Positions 19,801-28,767 are shown, numbered from the stretch's first letter. The stretch: 64,000 bases of DNA from Gemmatimonadota bacterium (GCA_036679645.1 JAZDCY010000074.1:1-64000), one strand, 5' to 3'. The notes: generated by a model not told the origin, from the sequence alone. Numbers and translations are program-made.

Positions 19801-20305
19801 CGGGGAACGTCCGGGCGAACCACTCCGCGGACGCGCGCGCGCCCTCGTAATTCTGGTGGCGCAACGCCAGCGCTATCTCGCCCGACAGGCATGCCGCAAG
19901 GCAGATGAGCCCTTCGCTGTGCTCCTCGAGCACCTCCTTGTCGATCCGCGGACGCCGGTAGTATCCCTCGACATACCCGATCGACGAGAGCTTGATGAGG
20001 TTGCGGTAACCGGTGCGATTCTCGGCTAGCAGGACGAGGTGCGAGTATGCGGCGGGCGCGTTCGGCGGGCGCTCCCGCGCGTGGCGCGACCCGAAAGCGA
20101 GATACGTCTCGCAGCCGATGATTGGGCGGATCTTCTGGGCTCGTGCCTCCTCATACAGAGACCAGGCCGCGTGCAGGTTGCCGTGATCGGTGATAGCCAG
20201 GCTGTCCATGCCGAGCTCGACGACGCGGGACACCAGATTGGGGATGCGATTGGCCCCGTCGAGCAGGGAGAACTCGGAGTGGGTATGCAGGTGGGCAAAG
20301 GCCAT
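16823..20305 (-). CDS. dnaE: DNA polymerase III alpha subunit
   Basis: PHP domain HLHTHSEFSLLDG, GPGRGSAAGS, MPDIDVDF, YGFNKSHS, C-terminal OB fold. Confidence 0.97.
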   Translation of the reverse strand: MAFAHLHTHSEFSLLDGANRIPNLVSRVVELGMDSLAITDHGNLHAAWSLYEEARAQKIRPIIGCETYLAFGSRHARERPPNAPAAYSHLVLLAENRTGYRNLIKLSSIGYVEGYYRRPRIDKEVLEEHSEGLICLAACLSGEIALALRHQNYEGARASAEWFARTFPDRFWLEVQDHGIADERLVRDGMFRLSDDLGIPVVATNDAHYLERADHEAHDCLLAIGMGKDLDDPNRFRFTGQESYVKSEEEMVALFPDRPDVIENTQRIADRCEFDFEKRYFLPQFPRPAEYATDNDLLVELATRGAGERYGTPLPAHVRERLDYELDIITKTGYAGYLLIVQDFINAARERGIPVGPGRGSAAGSLVSYALHITGVDPLQFGLLFERFLNPERISMPDIDVDFCFERRGEVIEYVRARYGRSSVGQIITFGTLKARAALRDIARVLRVSPADADRIAKLVPSGPAYNLSVAEAARKVPELRALVSDDPTVARVVDLAQRIEGLSRHASVHAAGIVIAPGPLDEYVPVCTAPQSRGNGGAKGEDVIITQFDMVALEKVGMLKMDFLGLRTLTVIHDACESIARRHTTEVDIQHIDLDDPAVYEMLRAGRTAGVFQFESPLATDTLRQMRCDRFDDLVATSALLRPGPLDSGMHLVFIRRKRGEEAVRYPLPQLEEVLAPTYGVIVYQEQVMRIANVLGGFSLGEADVLRKAVGKKIPELIRQELGRFIERSIANGHPRKIIEDIAAQIETFGRYGFNKSHSVAYSIISYQTAWLKAHYPAEFMAALLSSEIGDTAKVVEYINEAREMGIRVLPPSVVESGWKFTVTKDDEIRFGLGAVRNVGRGAIDSIIAARDREGAFRSLAEFYDRVDLRLCNKRVTESLIAAGAFDQCDGHRAQLIAVLDVALREAQLRQNEREVGQGTLFGAGEQSGPLADTLLPDIPPWSEADRIAKEKEVVGFFISGHPLERFREEVTLLSSRSTATLGTWSEHQVTTAVVVTAIKRQISKKTGAEYARLTLEDFHGTAEALVFPKTWSQLSRVVQPDAALLLTGGYSLRDRGEDRAPFIVEDAIALEELRANGAVGLELTWRAGSGPDSESARAVAALCAAHPGSAPLFVTWSDGNGTTARLRSRRVRVDLNEDLIGALREMLGAERVRLVRAA

Positions 20306-20381
20306 ACGGCGGTTACCGCATACCGGTCCCGGGGCATGGAGGGGCGCCCGGGGAAGTGGAAGAAGGAGGGGTCACGGTCGT

Positions 20382-20410
20382 AAGCTATCCCGCCCCTTTG
20401 GCATTGTCAA
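20382..20410 (-). promoter_or_regulatory. Sigma70 promoter for dnaE-accA-ricT-metG
   Basis: TTGACA (20410-20405), 17-nt spacer, TAGCTT (20387-20382). Confidence 0.7.
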
Positions 20411-20418
20411 AAGGAGTC

Positions 20419-20443
20419 TATCTTGTTTTATTGCAATGTATTA
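20419..20443. promoter_or_regulatory. 25-bp AT-rich imperfect palindrome, copy 2
   Basis: TATCTTGTTTTATTGCAATGTATTA. Confidence 0.55.
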
Positions 20444-20552
20444 CGGTGTTATGGCCGACCGGGTTGACCGGGGCGGGATTGGGGCCCTTCGAGGTGAACT
20501 TCAAGGCCGCCAATCGGTTAGAATAGGTGCCACCCAAATTGGAGAGACACGC

Positions 20553-22715
20553 GTGCGCCGAGCTTTCATCGTTGCGGGGCTAGGGCTGTTCGCCGCCTGC
20601 CGGGGCGGGACGGATACTCCCGATCCGTCTACCCTGGAGGCGGTTCCCTCGACCAACCAGCAGTCGGGTCCGGCGGGCGCGCGGCTCGCTGAGCCGTTGG
20701 CCGCGATCGTGCGCACGTCAGACGGCCAGGTGGCGGTCCGGGGCAGTGTGCGTTGGGCGGTCGTTTTTGGAGACGGCGCGGTGCTCTCCGATTCGGTGAC
20801 GTTGTCCGATGGCGCGGGGCGTGCCGAAGTGGCCTTTACGCTCGGGGCGGCGCTGGGAACCTACGAGGTGCGCGCGTCTCTCGTAGAGAGCCCGGAGGAC
20901 GTGGTGACCTTCACGGCCACGGCGACCGCACCACCGGCACTCACCGCCGTGATGCCGACGACCTTCACGGCGGGCGATACGCTCACCGTGTCCGGGGCCG
21001 GTCTCAGCGCTGCGGCGCAGGTGGAGGTGGGTGGACAGCCGGCGCGGGTCCTGGTGGGCTCGGCGACTGGGCTCACGGTCGTGGCGCCGATCTGCCTGGC
21101 GCCGGGACCGGTGCAGGTACGTGTACGGATTGGGACCGCGTTCTCCAACGCCCTCACTGCGACGTATGCCGCGCCACAGGCAGCGCTGCAACTCGCGCCC
21201 GGCGAGTATGCGTCGATCGATCCCGCGCAGCTTGCGGGGTGTGCCACGTTCGCCGCCGCGGGCGCCCAAGGCGCGCAGTATCTCGTCGCGCCGCAGTCGG
21301 TCACGGGTGCTGCGGGACTGTCGGTCGCATACCAATTGGTCGGCGATTCCGCAACGGTTCCGCTCTCGCTCACGGCGCACGCGCCGCGTCCGCTGCCGCG
21401 CGCCGCGCAGTTCCACGATGCGCTGCGTGCGCAGGAACGCGTGGCGTCCCGGCGTCCACGACCGGCGGCCAATCCGCCGGCCGCTGCGCAGCTAGTCGCC
21501 CTCGCTCGTGTGAAGCTTGGTGACCGCCGCACCTTCCAGGTCTGCCAGGAGATCCCGTGCGCGCTGGCCTCGGATTTCACCGGCGTGATGGGAGAGGCGA
21601 AGTACGTGGGAGAACGCGCGGCACTGTTTCTCGATCGGGATGCGCCGGCAGGGTTTTCCGACGAGGATATCCAGTCTCTCGGGCAGTTGTTTGACGAGAC
21701 GCTGTACGACGTAAACACGCGCGCCTTTGGGGCGGAATCGGACGTCGACGACAATGGCGTCGTGATCATTCTATTCACGACCGTGGCGAACCAGTTGACG
21801 CCCAAAAGTCAGTGCTCCACGTCCATCATCACCGGGTATTTCTTTGGTGTCGATGTCGATGCGGCATTCTTCGACGACCCGCGCTCCAACAGAGGTGAGG
21901 TCTTCTACGCCATTGCGCCCGATCCTAGCGGCACCGTGACCTGCACGCTCTCAACCGACCGAATCCGTAACCTCGTCCCCGTCACGTTCATCCACGAGTT
22001 CCAGCACATGATCAGTTACAACCAACATGTGCTGCAGCGCAGAGGGCTGTCCGAGGTACTCTGGCTCAACGAGGGTCTCTCGCACATCGCCGAAGAGCTG
22101 GGGGGGAGACGGTTTGAGGCGATGGGTGATGACGTGCGGTTCAGCCAGTTCGCGATTGGTGACGTGTTCAACGCGTACCTCTATCTCCAGACCCCTGGAT
22201 CCTTCTTCGTGCTTCCGGGAGAAGGCACCGGTTCGCTGGAGGAGCGTGGCGCGGCGTGGCTGTTCCTGCGCTGGGTGATCGATCGGTATGGCGAAGACAT
22301 CACGCGCCGCCTGCTCGAGACCAAGCGCACGGGCGCAGACAACGTCGAGGCGGTGACGGGCGCACCGATATCCAAACTCCTGGCGCAGTGGTTCCTGGCC
22401 AACTACGTCAGCGACCTGGCAGGGTTCACTCCTCCCACCGAACTCACCTACTCGTCGTGGCGGTTCCGCACGACCTACGGCGACCTGAACGCGCAGCTCC
22501 CCGACCGATTCACGAGTCCGTTCCCGATCGAACCGCCGGTACGCGACGGAGGGACGCTCGATCTCAGCGGTACGTTGCGCTCGGGCTCGGGCGACTACGT
22601 GCTCATCGAGCAACCGGCCAACGGCGGCGCATTCACGCTGCGCCTCACCGCCCCAGGTGGAGGTTCCCTTGGCGGAACGGTCGTACCGCGGCTGAACGTG
22701 ATTCGGATTCGGTAG
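20553..22715 (+). CDS. Lipoprotein with Ig/IPT-TIG domains and a zincin metallopeptidase domain (M30-like)
   Basis: SD GGAGAG before GTG 20553, lipobox FAAC, HEFQH...WLNEGLS gluzincin motif, DVDDNG loop. Confidence 0.8.
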   Translation: MRRAFIVAGLGLFAACRGGTDTPDPSTLEAVPSTNQQSGPAGARLAEPLAAIVRTSDGQVAVRGSVRWAVVFGDGAVLSDSVTLSDGAGRAEVAFTLGAALGTYEVRASLVESPEDVVTFTATATAPPALTAVMPTTFTAGDTLTVSGAGLSAAAQVEVGGQPARVLVGSATGLTVVAPICLAPGPVQVRVRIGTAFSNALTATYAAPQAALQLAPGEYASIDPAQLAGCATFAAAGAQGAQYLVAPQSVTGAAGLSVAYQLVGDSATVPLSLTAHAPRPLPRAAQFHDALRAQERVASRRPRPAANPPAAAQLVALARVKLGDRRTFQVCQEIPCALASDFTGVMGEAKYVGERAALFLDRDAPAGFSDEDIQSLGQLFDETLYDVNTRAFGAESDVDDNGVVIILFTTVANQLTPKSQCSTSIITGYFFGVDVDAAFFDDPRSNRGEVFYAIAPDPSGTVTCTLSTDRIRNLVPVTFIHEFQHMISYNQHVLQRRGLSEVLWLNEGLSHIAEELGGRRFEAMGDDVRFSQFAIGDVFNAYLYLQTPGSFFVLPGEGTGSLEERGAAWLFLRWVIDRYGEDITRRLLETKRTGADNVEAVTGAPISKLLAQWFLANYVSDLAGFTPPTELTYSSWRFRTTYGDLNAQLPDRFTSPFPIEPPVRDGGTLDLSGTLRSGSGDYVLIEQPANGGAFTLRLTAPGGGSLGGTVVPRLNVIRIR

Positions 22716-22779
22716 AGGGCGGTGAGCGGTGAGCAGTGAGCGGTGCCCGTTCCACCCTGCACTCTGCACCGTGCACGCC
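22716..22779. repeat. Heptamer palindromic element D
   Basis: (GTGAGCG/A)x3 ... CACCCTG CACTCTG CACCGTG CAC. Confidence 0.6.
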
Positions 22780-23712
22780 ATGAGTTGTACGGTGCTCGCC
22801 GCGCTCGTCCTCACTCCAACGGTCGCTCTCGCGCAAACCGGTCCGGGATCCGATGGCCCTATTGTTCTCCAATCGTCGAGTTCGGTGCGGAGCGCCGGAC
22901 TGCACGGGGCTGGTGTCGCCCTGGTCGGTGACGCATCGGCGGTCTTCCACAATCCCGCCGGCCTCGCCACGATCCGTCACATTGCGCTCGAAGCGGCCTA
23001 TTTCAGCGCACCGTTCGATGCGTCGCAGACGAGCGCGGCGTTTGCGTGGCGGCTTGGTCAGTTCGACCTCGGTGCCGGGATCAAGTACTTCGATTTCGGG
23101 ACCGAGCCCGAAGTCGTCCCCGATGCTGCGTCGGGTGGTGTGCTCGGTACTGAGACGGGTGCTACGATCAACGCGCATGAATTCCTCGGGGTGGGGTCAC
23201 TCATCTACAGATTCGGTATCATTGCGTTTGGCGGATCGGTCAAGGTTGTCCGGCAGTCCGTGGCCGACGTGCAGCGGCGAGGACTGAGCGGTGATGTTGG
23301 GTTGGCGATCGCCGTCTTCGACATCATGGCGCTCGGTTTCTCCGTGCAGAATCTCCGCGGCAATTGGGACGGCGGGTCCCCCATCGTGATGCCGCGACTG
23401 ACGCGGTTGGGCTTCACGATGAACTACATCGATCCCCAAGAGACCTTCCGACTAATGTCGACGCTCGAGGGACAGTGGCCGGATGGTCGGGGGGCGCGAG
23501 CGGTCTTCGGCGTCGAGGGTGGGATCGTGGTCCACGGTGCGGGCGTGATTGGCCGGGCCGGCGTGGGTTCGCGAACGGAGGGCTCGGCTCAGTCCGCGTT
23601 CACCTATGGGTTGAGCCTGAACCTCGCGCGACTCACGATCGACTACGGTTACGAGCCATTCGATCTCCTGGGTGATGCGTCGCAGCGGATCGGGGTGAGG
23701 CTGACACTGTGA
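22780..23712 (+). CDS. PorV/PorQ-like outer-membrane beta-barrel (second paralog)
   Basis: Signal peptide, SVRSAGLHGAGVALVGDASAVFHNPAGLA motif, C-terminal IDYGY...IGVRLTL. Confidence 0.7.
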   Translation: MSCTVLAALVLTPTVALAQTGPGSDGPIVLQSSSSVRSAGLHGAGVALVGDASAVFHNPAGLATIRHIALEAAYFSAPFDASQTSAAFAWRLGQFDLGAGIKYFDFGTEPEVVPDAASGGVLGTETGATINAHEFLGVGSLIYRFGIIAFGGSVKVVRQSVADVQRRGLSGDVGLAIAVFDIMALGFSVQNLRGNWDGGSPIVMPRLTRLGFTMNYIDPQETFRLMSTLEGQWPDGRGARAVFGVEGGIVVHGAGVIGRAGVGSRTEGSAQSAFTYGLSLNLARLTIDYGYEPFDLLGDASQRIGVRLTL

Positions 23713-24812
23713 GCGAGGACGGGGACCGGCGTCCCTCTATCATTTCCGCACTCAAGATCATTTCCGCACTCAAGATCCTCGCGCTGCTGCTCCTCCTCGT
23801 GGCTGTCCTTGCACCGATCGTCTCCTCGGACGTACGGTTTGTGCTGCGGGCGACCTTCGAGGAGGCGCGACTGCTGATCCGACGCCAGCCACTCGAGGCG
23901 CTCGCGCGGGACACTGCGGTGCGTGCCGATCGACGCGCCAAGTTCCGCATGGTGCTTTCGCTCAGAGCGTACGCCGTGGACGTGCTGAGCCTGCGCGCCG
24001 ACGAGACGTTTACGACGTTCGCCGATGTGGGGCGCGATACTTTGGTGCTGGTTCTTTCGGCCAGCCCGCGGGACCGGCTCGCACCATATCTGTGGCGGTT
24101 CCCCATCGTCGGGGCGGTCCCGTATCACGGTTACTTCTCGCTGGAAGCCGCGCGGACGGCCGCGGAGAGACTCGAGCGGCGTGGCTACGACACATACGTG
24201 CGTCCGTCCGGTGCCTTCTCCACGCTGGGATGGTTCAGCGATCCGTTGTTGTCGACCGTCGTCGACGGCGATTCGCTTGCCGTTGCCGCGACAGTGGTGC
24301 ACGAGATGGCGCACACGACCCTCTACGTGCCGAGCCAGACACCTTTTAACGAGAGCTTCGCCACGTTCGTCGGCTACCGGGGTGCCGAAGCATTCCTCCA
24401 GTCGGTGGGCGATACGGCCCGTGCTGTACGCGCCGCGGCGATCTGGCGGGATGAAGTGCGTCTAAGCGCGTTCTATGCGTGGCTCTCTGCGTCGCTCGAG
24501 GCAGTGTACGCGGGGTCCGCTCCGGTGGATAGCGCGCGCGACCGCATTTTCGACGAGGCGCGCCGCCGCCTGCGCGAGGGGCTCGACGGTACGCTCGAGG
24601 TATACCGGCCCGATCGGCTCGCGGCCCGTCCGCTCAACAACGCGAGCGTCATTGCAGCACGTATCTACCGCGAGCAACTCGCGCTCTTCGAGAGTGTCTA
24701 TCTGGAGGCCGGGAAGGACATCCGGCGGTCGGTCGAGATGATCGCGGGGGCCGTCGACACTGGTGATGCGTACGATGGCTTGCGGAACCTGCTAACCCGT
24801 ATCCGTTCCTGA
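23709..24812 (+). CDS. Putative zinc aminopeptidase (HExxH)
   Basis: WRFPIVGAVPYHGYF, AFSTLGWFSDP, HEMAH...FNESFATF. Confidence 0.85.
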   Translation: MSEDGDRRPSIISALKIISALKILALLLLLVAVLAPIVSSDVRFVLRATFEEARLLIRRQPLEALARDTAVRADRRAKFRMVLSLRAYAVDVLSLRADETFTTFADVGRDTLVLVLSASPRDRLAPYLWRFPIVGAVPYHGYFSLEAARTAAERLERRGYDTYVRPSGAFSTLGWFSDPLLSTVVDGDSLAVAATVVHEMAHTTLYVPSQTPFNESFATFVGYRGAEAFLQSVGDTARAVRAAAIWRDEVRLSAFYAWLSASLEAVYAGSAPVDSARDRIFDEARRRLREGLDGTLEVYRPDRLAARPLNNASVIAARIYREQLALFESVYLEAGKDIRRSVEMIAGAVDTGDAYDGLRNLLTRIRS

Positions 24813-24813
24813 T

Positions 24814-24847
24814 CATCTGAGCATCTGAGCATCTGAGCATCTCTCAG
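24814..24847. repeat. Octamer tandem repeat (CATCTGAG)x3 between convergent genes
   Basis: CATCTGAG CATCTGAG CATCTGAG CATCT CTCAG. Confidence 0.75.
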
Positions 24848-26121
24848 TTCCCCCTTAGCATCTCCGCTTCCGCAACGCGCGACAGGGCGATCGCGTAGGC
24901 GGCGGTGCGGAAGGGAACCTCTTCTTCTTGCACGAAATTGCGGACTTGCGTATAGGCCCTAGTGATTTTCTCATGCAGTTCCCGGTTCACCTTTTCGAGC
25001 GACCATGGGTGTTGCTGGAGGTTTTGCACCCACTCGAAGTAGCTTACGATCACCCCTCCCGCATTGACGAGAAAATCGGGCAGGACGGCAATGCCGCGAT
25101 CGCCGAGGATCTTGTCGGCGGTAGGTGTGGTCGGGGAGTTCGCTGCTTCGACGACGACCTTGCAGTCGATCGAGCCGGCGTTGCGCTCCTTGTTGATCAC
25201 GCCACCGAGCGCGGCGGGCACTAGCCAGTCGCAGGAGACCTTCCAGATGTCCGGGTTCTCGATCTTGTCGCCACCGGGGAACTCGGACACAGGCCTACGT
25301 TCCTTGTAACCGTGTTGGAACAGCGCCGGGACATCGAGTCCCTCTTCGTTGACGAGTCCGCCATCGACGTCGTTTACCGCGATGACCTTCGCCCCCATTT
25401 CGTGCAGGATGCGGGCGAGATGTCCACCCACGTTGCCGAACCCCTGCACCACGACCCGCGACCCCGCGATGGGCGGATCGAAATCCTTCGCGTAGGCTTC
25501 CATGCAGTACGCGACGCCCTGGGCGGTGGCCTCCTCACGTCCCAGCGATCCGCCGAGTGAGATGGGCTTTCCGGTGACGACGGCGGGCGAGTATCCGGCG
25601 CGCTTGGAGTACTCGTCCAGCAGCCATGCCATGACCTGCGCGTTCGTGCCCATGTCGGGAGCCGGGATATCCCGCGAGGGGCCCAGCACGATCGAGATCC
25701 GGCTGGTGAACGAACGGGTGAGTGCTTCGAGTTCGCGTTTGGAGAGCTCGTGCGGGTTGACCTGAACACCGCCCTTTGCGCCTCCGAACGGGATATCCAC
25801 GAGCGCGGTCTTCCATGTCATCGTGGTGGCGAGCCCAAGAACCTCTTCCTGATCGGCCTCGGGGTGGAACCGGATGCCGCCTTTGCACGGTCCACGAGCG
25901 CCGGAATGCTGAATGCGGTAACCGCGATAGACCTCGATGCGTCCGTCGTCCATGCGGACGGGTACCTCGACGGTGAGCGACCTGAACGGCGAGATGAGCA
26001 AGCGCCGCTGGTAGTCCTCGAGACCGGCGAGATCGGCCGCTACATCGAACTGGCTCTTGACGATCGCGCCCGTCCGCATGTTGGGCCGCGATCCGCGTCG
26101 TGTGTTCATTGCGATATTCAT
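24844..26121 (-). CDS. gdhA: Glu/Leu/Phe/Val dehydrogenase (glutamate dehydrogenase)
   Basis: GPCKGGIRFHP, PFGGAKGG, DIPAPDMGT, QGFGNVG, NAGGVIVSYFEW; start could be 26121, 26109 or 26079. Confidence 0.92.
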   Translation of the reverse strand: MNIAMNTRRGSRPNMRTGAIVKSQFDVAADLAGLEDYQRRLLISPFRSLTVEVPVRMDDGRIEVYRGYRIQHSGARGPCKGGIRFHPEADQEEVLGLATTMTWKTALVDIPFGGAKGGVQVNPHELSKRELEALTRSFTSRISIVLGPSRDIPAPDMGTNAQVMAWLLDEYSKRAGYSPAVVTGKPISLGGSLGREEATAQGVAYCMEAYAKDFDPPIAGSRVVVQGFGNVGGHLARILHEMGAKVIAVNDVDGGLVNEEGLDVPALFQHGYKERRPVSEFPGGDKIENPDIWKVSCDWLVPAALGGVINKERNAGSIDCKVVVEAANSPTTPTADKILGDRGIAVLPDFLVNAGGVIVSYFEWVQNLQQHPWSLEKVNRELHEKITRAYTQVRNFVQEEEVPFRTAAYAIALSRVAEAEMLRGN

Positions 26122-26194
26122 CACCGATATAGTCGGAATTGACGGTCTCGGGCTTGAGTGGGCAAGGGCCCGAGGCACCCGATATATTCTGTGC

Positions 26195-27595
26195 ATGTCA
26201 GATCTCAAACGCTTCGTCCAGTCGGAACGCGCGAGGATGCAGGAGGAGTTGTGCACATTCCTGGCTATACCCAGCGTTTCGACAGATCCGGCCCACTATC
26301 CCGATTGCCGCCGTGCGGCGGAGTGGTTGGGCGAGCATCTCGAGCAACTCAGGTGTGCGGTGGAGTACATCGGCAGTGAAACGCACCCGGTCATTTCCGC
26401 GGTCGGTCCGGCTGTCCCTGGTAAGCCGACCGTCCTCGTCTACGGCCACTACGACGTACAGCCGCCCGATCCGCTCGACGAGTGGGATACGCCACCGTTC
26501 GAGCCGACAGTACGGGACGGGAACGTGTTTGCCCGCGGAGCCACTGATGACAAGGGCCAGGTCTTTGCCATCGTCAAGGCCTTCGAGGCCGTGCGAGCGG
26601 ATCGGGCCGGGGCGGGGACGGGGGCGGGGGCGGGGGCGGGGGCGCCGCCGGTGAACGTGCGGTTCCTGATCGAGGGGCAGGAAGAGACGGGAAGCGACGT
26701 GCTCTCCGAGCTTCTCGATCGCGAGCCGGAAAGGGTCGAAGCGGACGCCGTGCTCGTGTCGGACACGCCGTACTACGCGCCGGGCTGGCCAGCCGTCGAG
26801 ACGGGCCTGCGCGGCATATGCTACGGCGAGATCACGGTCCGGACGGCGAAGAGCGATCTCCATTCAGGTCTGTACGGCGGCGCCGCGCCCAACGCGCACG
26901 AGACGCTGGTCCGGATCCTCGCGGGGCTCAAGTCGGCGAACGGGCGCATTCGCATTCCGGGCCTCTACGATGCGGTCGCCCGGCCGTCAAAGCGGGAACG
27001 CGACGGCTGGAAGAAGCTCCCGTTCAAGGAGCGTTCGTTCATGCGGGACGAGGTCGGATCAAAGGCGTTGACCGGTCTGCTGCGGTATCCGGTGCTGGAG
27101 CGTCTCTGGGCGCTCCCCACTCTGGACATCCACGGAATCAGTGGAGGGTTTACCGGCGAGGGTGCAAAGACGGTGATCCCCGCACAAGCTTCGGCCAAGC
27201 TCTCGTTGCGTCTGGTGCCGAACCTGACCTACAAGAAGGTGGCGCGGCAACTCACGCGAGCGGTGAAAGCGCTCGCACCAAAGTACGCCGACGTCAAGAT
27301 CGATTTCATACACGGTGCCGACCCCGTCCTCGTGGACACCGACTCGCGCCCATTTGAATTGATCGATCAGGCGTTTCGTGAGGTAGAAGGCCGCGACGCG
27401 ACGCGGACGCGGTCCGGCGGCTCGATTCCCATCGTCTCCGAGTTGGGGAAAGCAGGGGCTCCGGTAATTCTGTCGGGTATCGGGCTACCAGACGACCGGC
27501 TCCACGCGCCGAACGAGAAAATCAATCTGGAGCAGGTGTGGAAGGGGGTGCGGGTGTTCGGGAGGTTTTTTCAGCTAATGAGTGGAAACGGCTAG
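26195..27595 (+). CDS. M20/M25/M40 metallo-dipeptidase
   Basis: YGHYDVQP, RGATDDKG, EGQEE, DLHSG, HAPNE; ATG 26195 lies 6 nt after TATATT. Confidence 0.9.
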   Translation: MSDLKRFVQSERARMQEELCTFLAIPSVSTDPAHYPDCRRAAEWLGEHLEQLRCAVEYIGSETHPVISAVGPAVPGKPTVLVYGHYDVQPPDPLDEWDTPPFEPTVRDGNVFARGATDDKGQVFAIVKAFEAVRADRAGAGTGAGAGAGAPPVNVRFLIEGQEETGSDVLSELLDREPERVEADAVLVSDTPYYAPGWPAVETGLRGICYGEITVRTAKSDLHSGLYGGAAPNAHETLVRILAGLKSANGRIRIPGLYDAVARPSKRERDGWKKLPFKERSFMRDEVGSKALTGLLRYPVLERLWALPTLDIHGISGGFTGEGAKTVIPAQASAKLSLRLVPNLTYKKVARQLTRAVKALAPKYADVKIDFIHGADPVLVDTDSRPFELIDQAFREVEGRDATRTRSGGSIPIVSELGKAGAPVILSGIGLPDDRLHAPNEKINLEQVWKGVRVFGRFFQLMSGNG

Positions 27596-27596
27596 G

Positions 27597-27684
27597 TGCT
27601 CAGTAGCTCAGTAGCTCAGTAGCTCAGCGTCAATCTGATTCCTCCTGTGCGTCTGAGCACCTGAGCACCCGAGCCCCTGAGCGT
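27597..27684. repeat. Octamer-tandem palindromic element between convergent genes
   Basis: (GCTCAGTA)x3 GCTCAG ... CTGAGCAC CTGAGCAC CCGAGCCC CTGAGCG. Confidence 0.8.
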
Positions 27685-28374
27685 CTACTCATCCGTTATC
27701 TCTTCCACACCAACCATCTGCACCCGCTGCCCGAACGTCTCCGCGAATCCCAACACCACGGCATCGAGGGCTCGTCCCCAGAGCCCGCGCGGGGCGGTGA
27801 CGCCCAACTCCCGCATCACGCTCGTCATCTGGACGTCGGGGATTCCACATGGCACGATCAGGTCGAAGTAGGACAGATCGGTCATGACGTTGAGTGCGAA
27901 GCCGTGCCACGTGACCCATTGCTTCACGTGGATCCCGATCGATGCGATCTTGCGATCGGCAACCCACACGCCGGTGTAGCCTTCTCTTCGCTCACCGGTG
28001 ACGCCGAGTTCCCCGAGCGCCGTCATGATGGCGGCCTCGAGTTGCCGCAAGAACCAATGCAGGTCCCGGGTGTGCTCGGTGAGATCGTAGATCGCGTAGC
28101 CGACGATCTGGCCGGGCCCGTGGAATGTGATGTCGCCACCGCGCTCGGCATCGAACAACTCGACACCGCGCGCATCGAGGAATTCTCTGGGGGTGGTGAG
28201 GTTCTCCTGCTGGAATCCTCGACCGAGGGTGATGACGGGTGGGTGTTCGACGAGGAGCAGGAGGTCGTCGCTGAGCACACCGGCAATGCGCTTGGCGGCG
28301 ACGCCGCGCTGTACCTCGAGGGCCTCGGCGTAGGGCATGCGGCCGACACCAACGACGGCAAGGTCGTGGCTCAC
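27685..28374 (-). CDS. lipB: Lipoyl(octanoyl) transferase
   Basis: EHPPVITLG, RGGDITFHGPGQ, KIASIG, HGFALNV, IVPCG. Confidence 0.95.
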   Translation of the reverse strand: MSHDLAVVGVGRMPYAEALEVQRGVAAKRIAGVLSDDLLLLVEHPPVITLGRGFQQENLTTPREFLDARGVELFDAERGGDITFHGPGQIVGYAIYDLTEHTRDLHWFLRQLEAAIMTALGELGVTGERREGYTGVWVADRKIASIGIHVKQWVTWHGFALNVMTDLSYFDLIVPCGIPDVQMTSVMRELGVTAPRGLWGRALDAVVLGFAETFGQRVQMVGVEEITDE

Positions 28375-28733
28375 GCGGCTCCGGCCCGCTTCGTCGTACG
28401 GACAGCAACCACCCCCGCAACGGCGAGGACGGCGCTGTAGGCCAGCAGTCCAAGGCGGCCACCGACCACGTCGATTGGGGCGGCGAGGCCCGCGAGCATC
28501 AGTGCTCCGAACACGGCCAAGGTCGTGGTAATCGCACGGCGCCAGGTGTCATCGAGAGGTCCGGCAACTACCCAGCCGGTGGTGGCGGCGAGCGCTATCC
28601 CAAAGAAGACGACGAGAGGAAGAGCGGTCCCGATGCTGGGACGGAACACGCCGATGCCCGCGGCGATCAGCGCCGCCCCAACCGCGGCCCCAGCAGCCAG
28701 GGCGCCTAGCGCGATACCAATGCGATCGATCAT
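28371..28733 (-). CDS. Small membrane protein (about 4 TM)
   Basis: Hydrophobic 120-aa ORF with a GTGA overlap with lipB. Confidence 0.65.
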   Translation of the reverse strand: MIDRIGIALGALAAGAAVGAALIAAGIGVFRPSIGTALPLVVFFGIALAATTGWVVAGPLDDTWRRAITTTLAVFGALMLAGLAAPIDVVGGRLGLLAYSAVLAVAGVVAVRTTKRAGAA

Positions 28734-28767
28734 TTCCGCTGTGCAGCGCCGGCCGCTTTCCGCCGTC

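Noticed and set aside
16823..20305. Intein or split in dnaE
   Set aside because: The ORF is a continuous 1160 aa, a normal length, with no intein-like insertion seen.
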